NCBI GenBank assembly: GCA_026391255.1 | Contig: JAPLDU010000085.1 | Span: forward strand, 11,376 to 75,375 | DNA length: 64,000 bases | Origin: Bacteroidia bacterium | Lineage (GTDB): Bacteria > Bacteroidota > Bacteroidia > Bacteroidales > JAPLDU01 | Direction of reading: 5' to 3' | Part shown: in pieces, positions 1 through 10,512 of the stretch | Numbering within the stretch: the first letter of the stretch is position 1 | Layout: each line of letters starts with the position of its first letter | Notes under the pieces: model-generated | What the model was told of the DNA's origin: nothing | The model's input: the letters and a program-made list of their open reading frames with translations, nothing else | Database searches by the model: none | Position numbers and translations under genes: made by a program

Positions 1-768
1 ATTATCAAGCCCAAGATTCATTTTTAACACATTGTATGCCACTTCGGTAGCGCTGGTCAGAGTATTCAGGGAATTTTCCACATTGGTTTTCGTCAGTTGC
101 AGCTGGTCGGCATCTGTTTCCTCAATAAATCCCTGCTTCGCAGTTTCCTTTGATTCGTAAGCCAGACGTGTTATATTTTCAAGAATTGAGGAAAGTATCC
201 TTTTATTTTCTTCGATGATAAGAACCATATAATATGAATTACTCACGGATTCCCTGAGTTCTGATTCAGATTTTTCAAGGGATTGCTGTGATATCTCGAA
301 AAAAGTCCTGGATGCCTTCAGTCCAACGATATAAGCACCGCTGAAGATCAGCTGGGATAAGGTAAAATCAAATGTGGTATTTTCCTTTACACTAAGCGGA
401 TACTCTTCTCCTGCGCCATATCCCACGTGCACATAATCATTGAAATTTGATGTGGTCAGTGGTACATCGGTACCGGTAACATTCAGGGTTGTGGAAGGGA
501 AAGCAACGGTGGGCACTTTAAAGATATTGGAATAGGAACCCTTGACATTAAGCTGCGGCAAGCCAATAGCAGTTGTTTCCCAGATAGTCTTCTTTGCAAT
601 GGAACGGTCAAGCCTGGCATTATTAATATTCGGATTGTTCTGAAGCGCATAATCCTGCGCCTGTTTAAGTGTGAACTTTTTGACGGCTGATTCCTGTGAA
701 AATAAATTTTGACTGAAAATCAGTAAAATGAATAATGACAAGAAATGCAGGGATATTGATCTATTCAT
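1..768 (-). CDS. TolC-family outer membrane efflux protein (5' part; runs off window start)
   Basis: Hand translation from ATG 768: MNRSISLHFLSLFILLIFSQNLFSQESAVKKFTLKQAQDYALQNNPNINNARLD...IGLPQLNV; signal peptide plus TolC-type N-terminus; start overlaps the TetR stop. Confidence 0.85.
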   Translation of the reverse strand, partial: MNRSISLHFLSLFILLIFSQNLFSQESAVKKFTLKQAQDYALQNNPNINNARLDRSIAKKTIWETTAIGLPQLNVKGSYSNIFKVPTVAFPSTTLNVTGTDVPLTTSNFNDYVHVGYGAGEEYPLSVKENTTFDFTLSQLIFSGAYIVGLKASRTFFEISQQSLEKSESELRESVSNSYYMVLIIEENKRILSSILENITRLAYESKETAKQGFIEETDADQLQLTKTNVENSLNTLTSATEVAYNVLKMNLGLDN

Positions 769-1387
769 TTTTGTTATGGTTTAATTCCTGTAATTTTTGT
801 TCTAATATTTTGATCCCGTTTTTATTGGCTATTCCCCTGATGTGGTAAATAAATACCTCGAGTGAAAACTTATTTGATGTTGATTCATTGATGGAGAAAA
901 GCTCGTCGCCAAAAAGGTTGTCAGTACGTGAAACATAAAGCCTGGCAATGATTTCCTCGTTCAGATCGGCACGAAAAATGCCTTCGGCCTTGCCTTTTTT
1001 CATATTGGCCAAAACCTTCTCATACATGCGTTGGCGACGTATTTCCCTGATCCTGGCAAAAGCATCCGGGTAATACTTCTTTAAATCATATTCCATCGAA
1101 GGATTGTATTCCCTAAGCATGATGTTGATGTTTTTATTGTACTCAATCAATTCCTCAATGGCGTTCAGATTCATGTGCTCTATCGCATCCATACCTTCAG
1201 CACGGATACTGATTTCATAATCAATGATCTTATTGACCAGCTCATTTTTATCGCTAACATACTGGTATAAAGTCTTCTTTGAAATACCAAGCTCCCTGGA
1301 AACATCTTCCATAGTTATGCTCTTGATACCGTACTTCTGGTAAAGATCTTTTACCTTTTTCAATATATTTGTCAATTCTAAATCCAT
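761..1387 (-). CDS. TetR/AcrR-family transcriptional regulator
   Basis: HTH GIKSITMEDVSRELGISKKTLYQY; likely start MDLEL at 1387, just downstream of a TACTTTTG box. Confidence 0.93.
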   Translation of the reverse strand: MDLELTNILKKVKDLYQKYGIKSITMEDVSRELGISKKTLYQYVSDKNELVNKIIDYEISIRAEGMDAIEHMNLNAIEELIEYNKNINIMLREYNPSMEYDLKKYYPDAFARIREIRRQRMYEKVLANMKKGKAEGIFRADLNEEIIARLYVSRTDNLFGDELFSINESTSNKFSLEVFIYHIRGIANKNGIKILEQKLQELNHNKNE

Positions 1388-1510
1388 GCCGCAAAAGTAG
1401 AAAACTATTTTTATATTGGAAACATTTTGCGGGAAAATAGTTTTCAAAGTATAATGTGTTTTTTATCAGGAAACTAAATTGAAGATTTTAGTCTGATTAA
1501 TTCATAAATT

Positions 1511-1592
1511 TTGTGATTTCTTTGTGTCTTAGTGTCTTGGTGGCAAGACTAATTTCTGCCACAAAGACTCAAAGACACTAAGTTTCACGAAG
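1511..1592. repeat. Hairpin built of 8-9-mer units (TTWGTGTC.. / ..GACACWAA)
   Basis: CTTTGTGTCTTAGTGTCTTGGTGGCA ... TGCCACAAAGACTCAAAGACACTAAG imperfect inverted repeat. Confidence 0.7.
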
Positions 1593-1647
1593 TTATTATT
1601 TTTTTATGAATTATTCAAGTTAGGATTTGAAAATTTGAAAATATTCA

Positions 1648-2514
1648 ATGGTGAAATACTTTACAGAAAAAATATGGAGATGGTTTATTTTCATATTAAT
1701 GATCATAATATCATGCCAGTGTGTTTTTGCCCAGTCGCAAATCTGGAATGTAGGTACGGCAAAAACTTTGCCACCGCTTGATTTCCGGATTGCTGCCCTA
1801 CAGCCGTCCACGATCGGCCTGCCCGGAAGTATGGAATTATCATCGCAACCGGTTGCCTGTATCTTTGCGCCCAATATCAGCCTGAAGAAAAGATGGTACG
1901 CAAAACGGATCATCATTGCTACCAACCATGGCTTCATCTATCCGACTCCTGCACTGAAACAACTGGCAAATAACGGATTCGATGACCTGCTGAATAAGCA
2001 AACATTTATACCTCAGATTTTTGCATTCCATAATGAGATTCTGATCTCAAAAGAACAGGGAGGTAAGCAATGCTCTGCCTATTTTGAACCGGATGATAAC
2101 CTGAAGAAAAACATTATTTATACACTGAAGATCGGTTTCCAGTTTGCCGTTAAATCCGGAAAATCAAGCTTCGAAGCAATCAAAAGACCAGTCTTATACC
2201 CGCGCACTTCCATTTACCAGGATACCTTGCTGCTTTACGCCGGTTTCGATGTGGACGGACCGTTTTATAAAAACATAAACTTCTCGGCAGATATTGATGT
2301 GTTTTCCATCGGTTTTAAAGACTTTGCCATAGAAAATAAGGGACTGCTTGTTTTCACCCACTCCGACCGCTTTTCATGGCTGTTTGGTTACAAACTTTCG
2401 GCCGGCTCTTTTCCTGATAAGTTCAGGATCGGCATTTACCCTCTGTTCGACCTGATGTGGTACTTCCATCGGCTGAAAGTGAAGGACGGTCTTGGGAATC
2501 ATGGACTGAAGTGA
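1648..2514 (+). CDS. Hypothetical exported protein (possible outer-membrane beta protein)
   Basis: 288-aa ORF, signal peptide, alternating aromatic C-terminal strands; stop codon lies in the first unit of the downstream repeat. Confidence 0.65.
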   Translation: MVKYFTEKIWRWFIFILMIIISCQCVFAQSQIWNVGTAKTLPPLDFRIAALQPSTIGLPGSMELSSQPVACIFAPNISLKKRWYAKRIIIATNHGFIYPTPALKQLANNGFDDLLNKQTFIPQIFAFHNEILISKEQGGKQCSAYFEPDDNLKKNIIYTLKIGFQFAVKSGKSSFEAIKRPVLYPRTSIYQDTLLLYAGFDVDGPFYKNINFSADIDVFSIGFKDFAIENKGLLVFTHSDRFSWLFGYKLSAGSFPDKFRIGIYPLFDLMWYFHRLKVKDGLGNHGLK

Positions 2515-2767
2515 CGAAGTGACTGAGAGATTTGGCGAACGAAGCGACGGGGCGAACGAAGCGACTGAGTGACTTGGCGAACGAAGCGACGGGGCGAACG
2601 AAGCGAAAGGGCGACTGTGAGACGAAGTGACTGAGAGACGAGGCGAACGAAGCGACGGGGCGAACGAAGCGAATAGGCGAAAAGGCGACTGAAGGACGAA
2701 GTGAATGAGTGACATAGCGAACGAAGCAACTTGACGAATTAAGCGACGAAGTGACTGAGAAACTTTA
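2511..2767 (+). repeat. Degenerate 8/9-mer tandem array (~30 units, GYGAC/GCGAACGAA)
   Basis: GCGAACGAAGCGACGGGGCGAACGAAGCGA occurs three times among GTGACTGA/GAGACGAA units. Confidence 0.9.
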
Positions 2768-2785
2768 TTAAATGGCAAACAAATT

Positions 2786-2866
2786 GCCCTGAAAGGGCTT
2801 GAGCATCAGCACGGGGCAATGCCCTGTAGCATTGGAGTACAATGGTTTGCAAGCCCTGAAAGGGCG
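2786..2866. repeat. REP-like palindrome cluster (GCCCTGAAAGGGC x2)
   Basis: Two GCCCTGAAAGGGC hairpins flanking GGGCAATGCCC. Confidence 0.75.
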
Positions 2867-2959
2867 CCAGCATGATCCTATCAAGGCGAAGGGGGCCGGG
2901 GGGATTGAGAAAGACGAACAAATTAACCAGATGATAATAAATACAATAATCCGGGCCTT

Positions 2960-3096
2960 TTCCTGATACTTGATTCCTGATACCTGATACCTGATACCTG
3001 CTACCTGCTACCTGGTAAATTAACCAGTCACGTAGTGACGGAATCTTTGTAGAAACACGACAGTAAAGTAAAACTAAGCCACGTAGTGGCGAAATA
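2960..3096. repeat. CCTGATA/CCTGCTA heptamer run followed by REP-like doublet
   Basis: GTCACGTAGTGAC..GAATCTTTGTAG..GCCACGTAGTGGC; same REP family as 33956-34252. Confidence 0.75.
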
Positions 3097-3195
3097 TCAA
3101 AAATCCAATATCAATGGCAAATAGTCACATGTAATACTTTTTACTATGATCCTGAAAGACCAAGGGGTTAATTCACGAATATCTTTGTTGTGTTT

Positions 3196-4866
3196 TTACT
3201 TCGTCTCCATTGGCTTACGCTCCAGAAACACAAAACCGTTTTTCTCATATAATTTATGAAGCTGAGGATATTTTGATGCTATTTCATCACAGCTGCTGAT
3301 CTTGCATACAAAATATGCCGGTTTATCAATGTTACCGGTCAAAAGCCACTCATCACCCCTGCCAATATCCTGTGAACCGGGCTGTTTTTGAGAATAAAAC
3401 AAGTGGGCATATGATTTGAAATCGAGGGTTGTCAGATATACATTTTTATTTTGAAGGCTTTTATAGAACTCTATGGCGGCATTCTGACTGTACTCCTCAG
3501 CTTTCGGGACAATCAGGATCATGCTGACCCAGGTAAATGCCAGTGAACAGCAGAGAATGATCACAGTTTTTAGCAGAGCGCTCATTTTATTAACAATAGA
3601 AAAAATAACACCCGCAAGCAGAAATAATCCGGGAACAAACTCAAACCCCGACCAATGCACATCTGCCTGGAGATTACCCAGGACGAAACTGTCATGAATA
3701 AACCCGCTGTTTAAAATATCATTTTTAAAGGCCATGAATAACTGCAGGCAGATCAGTCCAAGGGCTATCACCGACGCAATAATGATCAGGCTGATCCTGC
3801 TTAAAATGTTGAAATTCGTGCCCATTTCAATCGTTTTATGAAGATACATGGCTGCAATAAAAGTCAGCGGTAAATAACAAAGCGAAGAATAATGTATGAT
3901 TTTTGTCCTGACAATGGTAAATAAAACCAGTACCACCCAGAACAGGATCAGGTTCCAGTTGAAGAACTGCTTTTGATTTTCACTCATTAACCGCCTGTAT
4001 TTACCTGGCCGGAGGATAGCCGGCAGCGCCCAGGCAGAGGCAGGAAACACTCCGAACATCAATACCACAAAATGATAGAACAGAAATCCGCCATGCCCCG
4101 AATCCCGTGTGGCAAACAGCCTGGCCTGGTACTCAATAAATTGTACAACCGTGTCATGGTGGCCAAGAGCAATCTGGACGATAAACCATGAACCACCTGT
4201 AATTAAGAGAATCAGCAGGCCGGTTATCATAGGTTTCAGGCTGACAGAGAATCTGAACTTATTATAAATGAAATAAACTATGATTGTCAGAATAAAGACC
4301 AACAGGGCTGCCGGACCTTTGGTAAGAATGGCAAGACCAAGTAAGACGGCGCTTGCAGATATACTGGCATATTTTTTTTTAACAGTCAGGGAATTCATAT
4401 ATCTGTAAAGAAAATATAATGAACTGAAGATAAACAGATTAAAAAACGGATCAATGATGCCGGATTTGAAATATATAAATGGCAGTACCGATGCTGCTAA
4501 TAACAAGCTCCAGATCAGTCCGAATGTTCTGCTGACAAGTGATTTGCCAATATAATAGAGAAACGAAAGGGAAAGAATTCCGCAAAGAACATTGGGAAAG
4601 CGGGCAGCAAATTCATTTACCCCGAAAATATTCATTGAGACAGCCTGCAGCCAGATGAAAAGGGGCGGTTTTTCCCAGAAAGGCAGGTAATTGATCTGAA
4701 CGGTAAGGTAATTACCTGTGGTGGTCATTTCCCTTGCAGCTTCTGCAAAATTGATCTCATCCCAATCGAAAAGATGAACATTGCCCAGGAATGACATGAA
4801 TAACAAAAGGGATGCAATAATTAAGAAGAAATAAATATTGCTGTCTTTTCTCAATATATTATTCAT
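3196..4866 (-). CDS. ArnT/PMT-family (GT39/GT83) membrane glycosyltransferase
   Basis: FDWDEINFAEAAREM, EKPPLFIW, LAILTKGP motifs; many TM helices. Confidence 0.9.
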   Translation of the reverse strand: MNNILRKDSNIYFFLIIASLLLFMSFLGNVHLFDWDEINFAEAAREMTTTGNYLTVQINYLPFWEKPPLFIWLQAVSMNIFGVNEFAARFPNVLCGILSLSFLYYIGKSLVSRTFGLIWSLLLAASVLPFIYFKSGIIDPFFNLFIFSSLYFLYRYMNSLTVKKKYASISASAVLLGLAILTKGPAALLVFILTIIVYFIYNKFRFSVSLKPMITGLLILLITGGSWFIVQIALGHHDTVVQFIEYQARLFATRDSGHGGFLFYHFVVLMFGVFPASAWALPAILRPGKYRRLMSENQKQFFNWNLILFWVVLVLFTIVRTKIIHYSSLCYLPLTFIAAMYLHKTIEMGTNFNILSRISLIIIASVIALGLICLQLFMAFKNDILNSGFIHDSFVLGNLQADVHWSGFEFVPGLFLLAGVIFSIVNKMSALLKTVIILCCSLAFTWVSMILIVPKAEEYSQNAAIEFYKSLQNKNVYLTTLDFKSYAHLFYSQKQPGSQDIGRGDEWLLTGNIDKPAYFVCKISSCDEIASKYPQLHKLYEKNGFVFLERKPMETK

Positions 4867-4885
4867 CCGGTTGCTTAACATGTTT

Positions 4886-4977
4886 TGTATCTATTCAGGT
4901 TGTTCAGACCAAAGGCAATAGTCAATAGTCAATAGTCGTTAGTCGTTAGTCATAAGTAAACTCATAATTCATAATTT
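4886..4977 (+). repeat. Heptamer-ladder repeat arm with ATTCAGGTTG terminus
   Basis: Inverted copy at 7296-7402. Confidence 0.8.
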
Positions 4978-4996
4978 ACAAAGCCTGCTGGCCCGG

Positions 4997-5656
4997 TTAG
5001 TCAACATTGCAATTTATTTTAAACCACAATGCTTTATCCCAAAACGGGGAAGTAAACCGGCTGAAGAACCAGTAAGAAACAGCGGAAATAACAGAACCGA
5101 AAACAGATCCAAAATATACATCCACCAGGAAATGCTGGGACAGGTAAATGCGGGAATAGCCAATCAGTAAAGCAAGCAGGAACATGGCCAGCTTAATAAA
5201 ATTATTTTTAACCGAAAAAGCAATGATAATAAAAGTTGCAAAAGCACAGGCGGCATGTCCTGACGGGAAACTGTAATAATAATATTGCTCCACGCCGGGT
5301 ATGAAACGTAAATGATACAATCCTTCAAAGTACTTTGCCGGGCGTTGCATGCTGTTGAATACAAAATGCTTGAGAACCTGGATAATGATAGAGGTCAGTT
5401 CTGCCCCGGCAGCCAGTGCTGCTGAAAGCCTGAATTTAATGAACAAAGCAAGGATTATGACCAGAATTACGGTAAATAAGCCATCTCCAAGAAAAGTAAG
5501 GTAATAGAAAAGACCATCGAGTAAGCGGCTATATACATGATTACATGCGATATGAATATCTGATTTTGAAAAAGATAACAGGATTATTCCACACAATATC
5601 CAGAAAATAAATAATGGAACTACGAAATATCTGTTACTTTTCAATAGTTGTCTCAT
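4997..5656 (-). CDS. PAP2-family phosphatase
   Basis: K..F...RP, SFPSGH, SRIYLSQHFLVDV motifs. Confidence 0.93.
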   Translation of the reverse strand: MRQLLKSNRYFVVPLFIFWILCGIILLSFSKSDIHIACNHVYSRLLDGLFYYLTFLGDGLFTVILVIILALFIKFRLSAALAAGAELTSIIIQVLKHFVFNSMQRPAKYFEGLYHLRFIPGVEQYYYYSFPSGHAACAFATFIIIAFSVKNNFIKLAMFLLALLIGYSRIYLSQHFLVDVYFGSVFGSVISAVSYWFFSRFTSPFWDKALWFKINCNVD

Positions 5657-5756
5657 TCTTGCCAAACCTGCATTTCAGGCTGCTAAATTAGAAAATATTA
5701 GACCGGGTACAAGGAATTATCTATTTTTACGCCGTTAATCCAATTATTTACCTTCT

Positions 5757-6809
5757 ATGTATGAAGCTTTGTTTCAACCCATAACGATCAGGGAAACGGT
5801 TGTTGCCAACCGGATTGTTATGCCACCAATGGTTTGTTTCGGATGGCGGGATAAAGATGGTATGGTTACCGGCAGGAGCGTCAATCATTATGAAGCGAGA
5901 GCCAGAGGCGGAACCGGTCTGATCATTGTGGAAGCTACGGCTGTAATGCCTGAAGGAAGGCTCGCTTCCGAACAGCTCGGATTATGGAACGACAGGCAGG
6001 CGGCTGCGCTGGCTGAAATTCCGGCAAGATGCCATACTTATGGGGCAAAAGTACTAATCCAGATACACCATGCCGGACACAAGATAGCTCCGGGAATGGC
6101 TCCATCTGCCAAAGGACCATCTGCACTTCCTGATAATCCTGAAACAGCCGCACTTACCATCAGTGAAATTTACCAGATCAGGGATGCATTCGTTCTTGCT
6201 GCCATCCGTGCTGAACAGGCAGGGTTTGACGGGGTTGAACTTCACGGGGCACATGGATACCTGTTAAACCAGTTTGCGTCACCGGCCATCAACCTGAGAA
6301 CAGATGATTTTGGCGGATCTCTTGAAAACAGGATGCGTCTTACAGTCAATATTATCAATATTATCAGGAAAAAATGCAGCAGTAGTTTTATCATAGCTTG
6401 CCGGCTCGGGGCAAACAGCCCCTTTTTGGCCGATGGTATTGAGATAGCATCTTACCTTGAAAAGCAAGGAATCGATTATCTTCATGTATCCCATGGAGGA
6501 AATATGGATAATCCGCCTCCCATCCCTGAAGGTTTTGATTATAACTGGATTGTCTGGTCAGCATCCGAAATAAGGAAACATATTAGCATTCCTGTGATTG
6601 CGGTGAACAGCATCAAAACCCCTGCCCGTGCTGAATTTCTTATAAAGAACAAACATGCCGATCTGGTCGCCATTGGCAGGGATATACTTACTGATCCCGA
6701 CTGGGCCTTGCATGCCAGGTCGGGCTTAGAGGTAATACAATGCCTGCAATGCAAACCCCGTTGTCACTGGTACACCAATAGTGATGATTGCCCGGGGAAA
6801 AGGCAATAG
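5757..6809 (+). CDS. NADH:flavin oxidoreductase (Old Yellow Enzyme family)
   Basis: NRIVMPPM, GFDGVELHGAHGYLLNQF, RTDDFGGSLENR, C-terminal CLQC..C. Confidence 0.95.
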   Translation: MYEALFQPITIRETVVANRIVMPPMVCFGWRDKDGMVTGRSVNHYEARARGGTGLIIVEATAVMPEGRLASEQLGLWNDRQAAALAEIPARCHTYGAKVLIQIHHAGHKIAPGMAPSAKGPSALPDNPETAALTISEIYQIRDAFVLAAIRAEQAGFDGVELHGAHGYLLNQFASPAINLRTDDFGGSLENRMRLTVNIINIIRKKCSSSFIIACRLGANSPFLADGIEIASYLEKQGIDYLHVSHGGNMDNPPPIPEGFDYNWIVWSASEIRKHISIPVIAVNSIKTPARAEFLIKNKHADLVAIGRDILTDPDWALHARSGLEVIQCLQCKPRCHWYTNSDDCPGKRQ

Positions 6810-6856
6810 GCAATAGGCATTAGGCATTAGTCAACATAATTCATAATTCATAACTC

Positions 6857-7276
6857 ATGAATTTTAAATTAATATTTCTTCTTTCGCTGTTTGGGCTGTT
6901 TATGGGAATAGCCACTGTGTATTTTATTCCTGCAGGTATTGAACCAGTCATCTGGCTTGTTATTTTTGCATTTTGTGCATATATTATTGCAAAAAAATGC
7001 GATGGTAAATTGTTTTTGCATGGTTTTGTTACCAGTCTTTTCAACTGTGTCTGGATCACCGCTTTCCATCTCATGTTCTTTGACAGTTATCTGGTTAATC
7101 ACCAGGCCGAAGCCAGAATGATGGTAAGTATGCCAAAGGGTATTGATCCGAAGTATTTTATGCTGGTTACCGGAATTTTTATCGGTATAGTTTCCGGGCT
7201 GGTACTTGGTTTATTTTCATATCTGATGGGAAAGATTGTTACAAAATCTGATAGCAAGACAAATATTATAGAGTAA
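6857..7276 (+). CDS. Hypothetical 4-TM membrane protein
   Basis: 139-aa ORF with hydrophobic segments. Confidence 0.7.
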   Translation: MNFKLIFLLSLFGLFMGIATVYFIPAGIEPVIWLVIFAFCAYIIAKKCDGKLFLHGFVTSLFNCVWITAFHLMFFDSYLVNHQAEARMMVSMPKGIDPKYFMLVTGIFIGIVSGLVLGLFSYLMGKIVTKSDSKTNIIE

Positions 7277-7295
7277 ATTTTAAGGCAGATTGGAT

Positions 7296-7402
7296 TTATG
7301 AGTGATGAATTATGAGTTTTGACTTACGACTTACGACTTACGACTTACGACTATTGACTATTGACTATTGACTATTGCCTTTGGTCTGATCAACCTGAAT
7401 AA
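7296..7402 (-). repeat. Heptamer-ladder repeat arm (inverted copy of 4886-4977)
   Basis: (GACTTAC)4(GACTATT)4GCCTTTGGTCTGATCAACCTGAATA. Confidence 0.8.
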
Positions 7403-7411
7403 AATAATACT

Positions 7412-8128
7412 ATGACCCGATTAAGTGTCAATATTAACAAGATTGCGACTCTGCGTAATGCCCGCGGAGGCAATATACCAAACGTACTGAAAGCTGCAAT
7501 GGATTGTGAACGTTATGGAGCGCAGGGTATTACAGTGCATCCCCGTCCGGACGAGAGACATATCAGGTATAATGATGTCAGGGAAATCAGGCCGGTCATC
7601 TCAACTGAATTCAATATTGAAGGTTATCCTTCTGACGATTTTATTCGCCTGGTTCTTGAGGTCAGACCAGACCAGGTTACATTGGTGCCTGATCCGCCGG
7701 GAGTTTTGACATCCTGTGCAGGTTGGGACACAACAACTCATATGGAATTACTGAAAAATGTGATCAACCTGTTCCGGAAAGAAAGTATCAGGACCTCTCT
7801 ATTTGTCAATACTGATCTAAAAAATATTGAAGGTGCAGCACTAACCGGTACTGACAGGGTTGAACTGTATACCGAACCATATGCAGCAAATTTTAATACC
7901 AACCCGGAACAAGCCATTGAACCTTTTGCAAAGGCCGCTGAACTGGCCGCTTCAGTAAGTCTGGGATTGAACGCCGGGCATGATCTGAATCTTGAAAACC
8001 TGAGGTATTTTAATGAAAATATTCCCGGATTGCTGGAAGTTTCAATAGGTCATGCTCTGATATCAGATGCATTATACTATGGGCTGGAAAATACCATTCA
8101 GTTATACCTGCGCTGCCTCAGACCTTAG
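7412..8128 (+). CDS. pdxJ: Pyridoxine 5'-phosphate synthase
   Basis: [40 protein letters not shown]. Confidence 0.97.
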   Translation: MTRLSVNINKIATLRNARGGNIPNVLKAAMDCERYGAQGITVHPRPDERHIRYNDVREIRPVISTEFNIEGYPSDDFIRLVLEVRPDQVTLVPDPPGVLTSCAGWDTTTHMELLKNVINLFRKESIRTSLFVNTDLKNIEGAALTGTDRVELYTEPYAANFNTNPEQAIEPFAKAAELAASVSLGLNAGHDLNLENLRYFNENIPGLLEVSIGHALISDALYYGLENTIQLYLRCLRP

Positions 8129-8832
8129 TGTTCTTCTGCTGCTGCTTCCAGTTTAAAACCGGTTCCATGTACATTGATGATCTCCACTGTGGGATCAGTC
8201 TTAAGGTACTTGCGAATTCTCGTGATATATACATCCATACTTCTGCCCATAAAATAATCGTTACGACCCCAAATCTTTTCCAGCACCGTTTCCCGCTTGA
8301 CTAATTTGTTCATATTCTGGCAAAGAAGCAATAAAAGTTCTGATTCTTTACGGGTAAGCCTGGTGACAGTCTCATCCTGCTTCAGCAGGTAATTGTCAGT
8401 ATCAAATATGATCTTTCCAATATGATAGTGTAGTCCAATAGAATCCATATTCTTAGTACGTCTTAAAATCGCCTCCACACGTAAACTTAGCTCCTCAGTA
8501 CTGAATGGTTTGGTAATGTAATCATCAGCGCCGATTTTAAAACCCTTGATCTTATCCTCGTTCATTGACAGCGCTGTCAGAAATATTATCGGAATCGACT
8601 GGTTGATAGACCTGATTTCAGTAGCTACTGTAAATCCATCCTTGAGTGGCATCATCACATCAAGAATACACAAATCAAAAATATCATTTTTGAATGTTAC
8701 TACTCCTTCATGTCCATCTTTCTTCAATACAACTTGATAGCCAATCATTTCAAGATAATCCTTTAATACAAATCCAAGATTATTATCATCTTCGACTAAA
8801 AGTATTTTGTACTTGTTTTCTTTATTTGCCAT
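8125..8832 (-). CDS. OmpR-family response regulator (RprY-like)
   Basis: Receiver LLVEDD..DVMMP..KPF plus winged helix [12 protein letters not shown]. Confidence 0.95.
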   Translation of the reverse strand: MANKENKYKILLVEDDNNLGFVLKDYLEMIGYQVVLKKDGHEGVVTFKNDIFDLCILDVMMPLKDGFTVATEIRSINQSIPIIFLTALSMNEDKIKGFKIGADDYITKPFSTEELSLRVEAILRRTKNMDSIGLHYHIGKIIFDTDNYLLKQDETVTRLTRKESELLLLLCQNMNKLVKRETVLEKIWGRNDYFMGRSMDVYITRIRKYLKTDPTVEIINVHGTGFKLEAAAEEH

Positions 8833-8868
8833 GAGCGATTCCGGTATTATTGAAATAAATTCAGAAAA

Positions 8869-10143
8869 TCATTCCACAGGAAGATAGACAAAAAAACGGC
8901 TACCTTTGTTCAATTCACTTTTAACACGGATATTCCCCTTATGTGCTTCGACCATGGTCTTAACGTAATGTAGCCCAAGCCCGTAGCCTTTTGCATTATG
9001 AATATTTCCGGTAGGAATCCTGTAAAACTTTTCGAAAATATGTTTTTGGGCTTCAGAACTAATACCATAACCATTGTCTTCGATAGTAATCAATATCCCG
9101 TTTTCTTCATCCCGGGAGCTGACATTAAGTTCCAGGGCACTGCCTGAATATTTATAGGCATTGCTCACCAGGTTATTTATGATATTGGTAAAATGCAGCC
9201 TGTCAACATTGATAAAATAATTTGTGGCATTTAGCCGGTAATTAACACTGACTGGTTTACGGCATTGATCAAGACACAAATGTTCGATAGTTTCGACTAT
9301 TAATTGATGAGCATTCGTACGTTCTTTCGTAATAGTAAATTCATCACCGTCCAAATCGGCCATTTGTAAAACCCTCTCTACCAAAGCCTTCAGTCTCTGG
9401 TTTTCTTCATATATTACTTTTGAGTACTGCCCTACGCGATCATTGGAATTATCAGTCCGGTTTTTCAAAAGCACTTCACTGGCCATCGAAATAGTGGCAA
9501 TCGGAGTCTTCAGTTCATGTGTCATGTTATTGATAAAATCATTTTTTAATTCTGATAATTTTTTCTGTTTTATAACCACATAAATGATATAGGCAAAACT
9601 GCCAATCACTATCAATACAAAAACAGAAGATAACACGAACCATAGTGAAAGATCCAGCAAGCTGAACTTTTGCTTTTCCGGGAAATATACCTCCAGATTA
9701 TAGCTTAATGTATTCCATGGGCATGTCAGTGACGACCTGAACAGTTTTCCCGAAGGTACATTATGCATATTTCCTTTTGAAATAATCGGGTTCTTATGGT
9801 CATTTGCTTTAAATACTGAAAAATAAAATATTGAGTCAACATCATGATTTTTAAACTGGCTTTTAAGTAGTGAATCCATGAAGCCAATATTTTTAAGTAA
9901 AGTCAGATCAAAGTTCTTGTGCTGGCATAATCCTTCAGATTCATTAAGTGACAGGCTGTTAGTTTCTTCTTTGCTTATCATTACTTCCAGTACTGAGTTC
10001 AATGCTTCAGTAACTCTGTGGTTGTATTGCTGTTCCAGAAGATTGATGGAGTTTCTCACCCAGAATAACTGAGTGACAAGCAGCCCGAAAAGCGAGACTG
10101 AACTGAACAGGATAACCAGCCGTATCACATATTTTCTTCCCAT
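8869..10143 (-). CDS. Sensor histidine kinase (RprX-like)
   Basis: Two TM segments, NMTHELKTPI H-box, N/G boxes NAYKYS, DNGYGI, GYGLGL. Confidence 0.95.
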   Translation of the reverse strand: MGRKYVIRLVILFSSVSLFGLLVTQLFWVRNSINLLEQQYNHRVTEALNSVLEVMISKEETNSLSLNESEGLCQHKNFDLTLLKNIGFMDSLLKSQFKNHDVDSIFYFSVFKANDHKNPIISKGNMHNVPSGKLFRSSLTCPWNTLSYNLEVYFPEKQKFSLLDLSLWFVLSSVFVLIVIGSFAYIIYVVIKQKKLSELKNDFINNMTHELKTPIATISMASEVLLKNRTDNSNDRVGQYSKVIYEENQRLKALVERVLQMADLDGDEFTITKERTNAHQLIVETIEHLCLDQCRKPVSVNYRLNATNYFINVDRLHFTNIINNLVSNAYKYSGSALELNVSSRDEENGILITIEDNGYGISSEAQKHIFEKFYRIPTGNIHNAKGYGLGLHYVKTMVEAHKGNIRVKSELNKGSRFFVYLPVE

Positions 10144-10512
10144 TTCATTAAATATAAATAATCCATTCAAAAATAATACTTTATTTGTGAGTCTGATTTT
10201 TCAATTCGTATGATTCAGGAATATGAATCAGGTATCAGTCCGCCGAGGCGGATCAGGTATCAGGACAAAGGATTGTTAATATTCAATGTGATGAAGTGGC
10301 TCCTGACTCATGGCTCTTGACTCGTTACTCATTACTTACGACTTACGACTTACGACTTACATCATTTGTCTATTCTGTTTCAATTCGATTTACAACATAT
10401 AACAATTGATATTCAGCTAATTATAATTATGATAAAATTTAATTTCTGAAATATTTGCAAATGATTTTATATTTGTAAATTGTTGGCAATTCACATGCAA
10501 TAAATTTTGATT

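Noticed and set aside
2511-2767. Possible CRISPR or guide-RNA array
   Set aside because: The intervening sequences are themselves repeat units rather than unique spacers, spacing is irregular, and no cas or effector gene is nearby.
2374-2921. ORFs with SFAPSLRSP-type repeats
   Set aside because: They are translations of the tandem array and REP palindromes, with no protein-like features.
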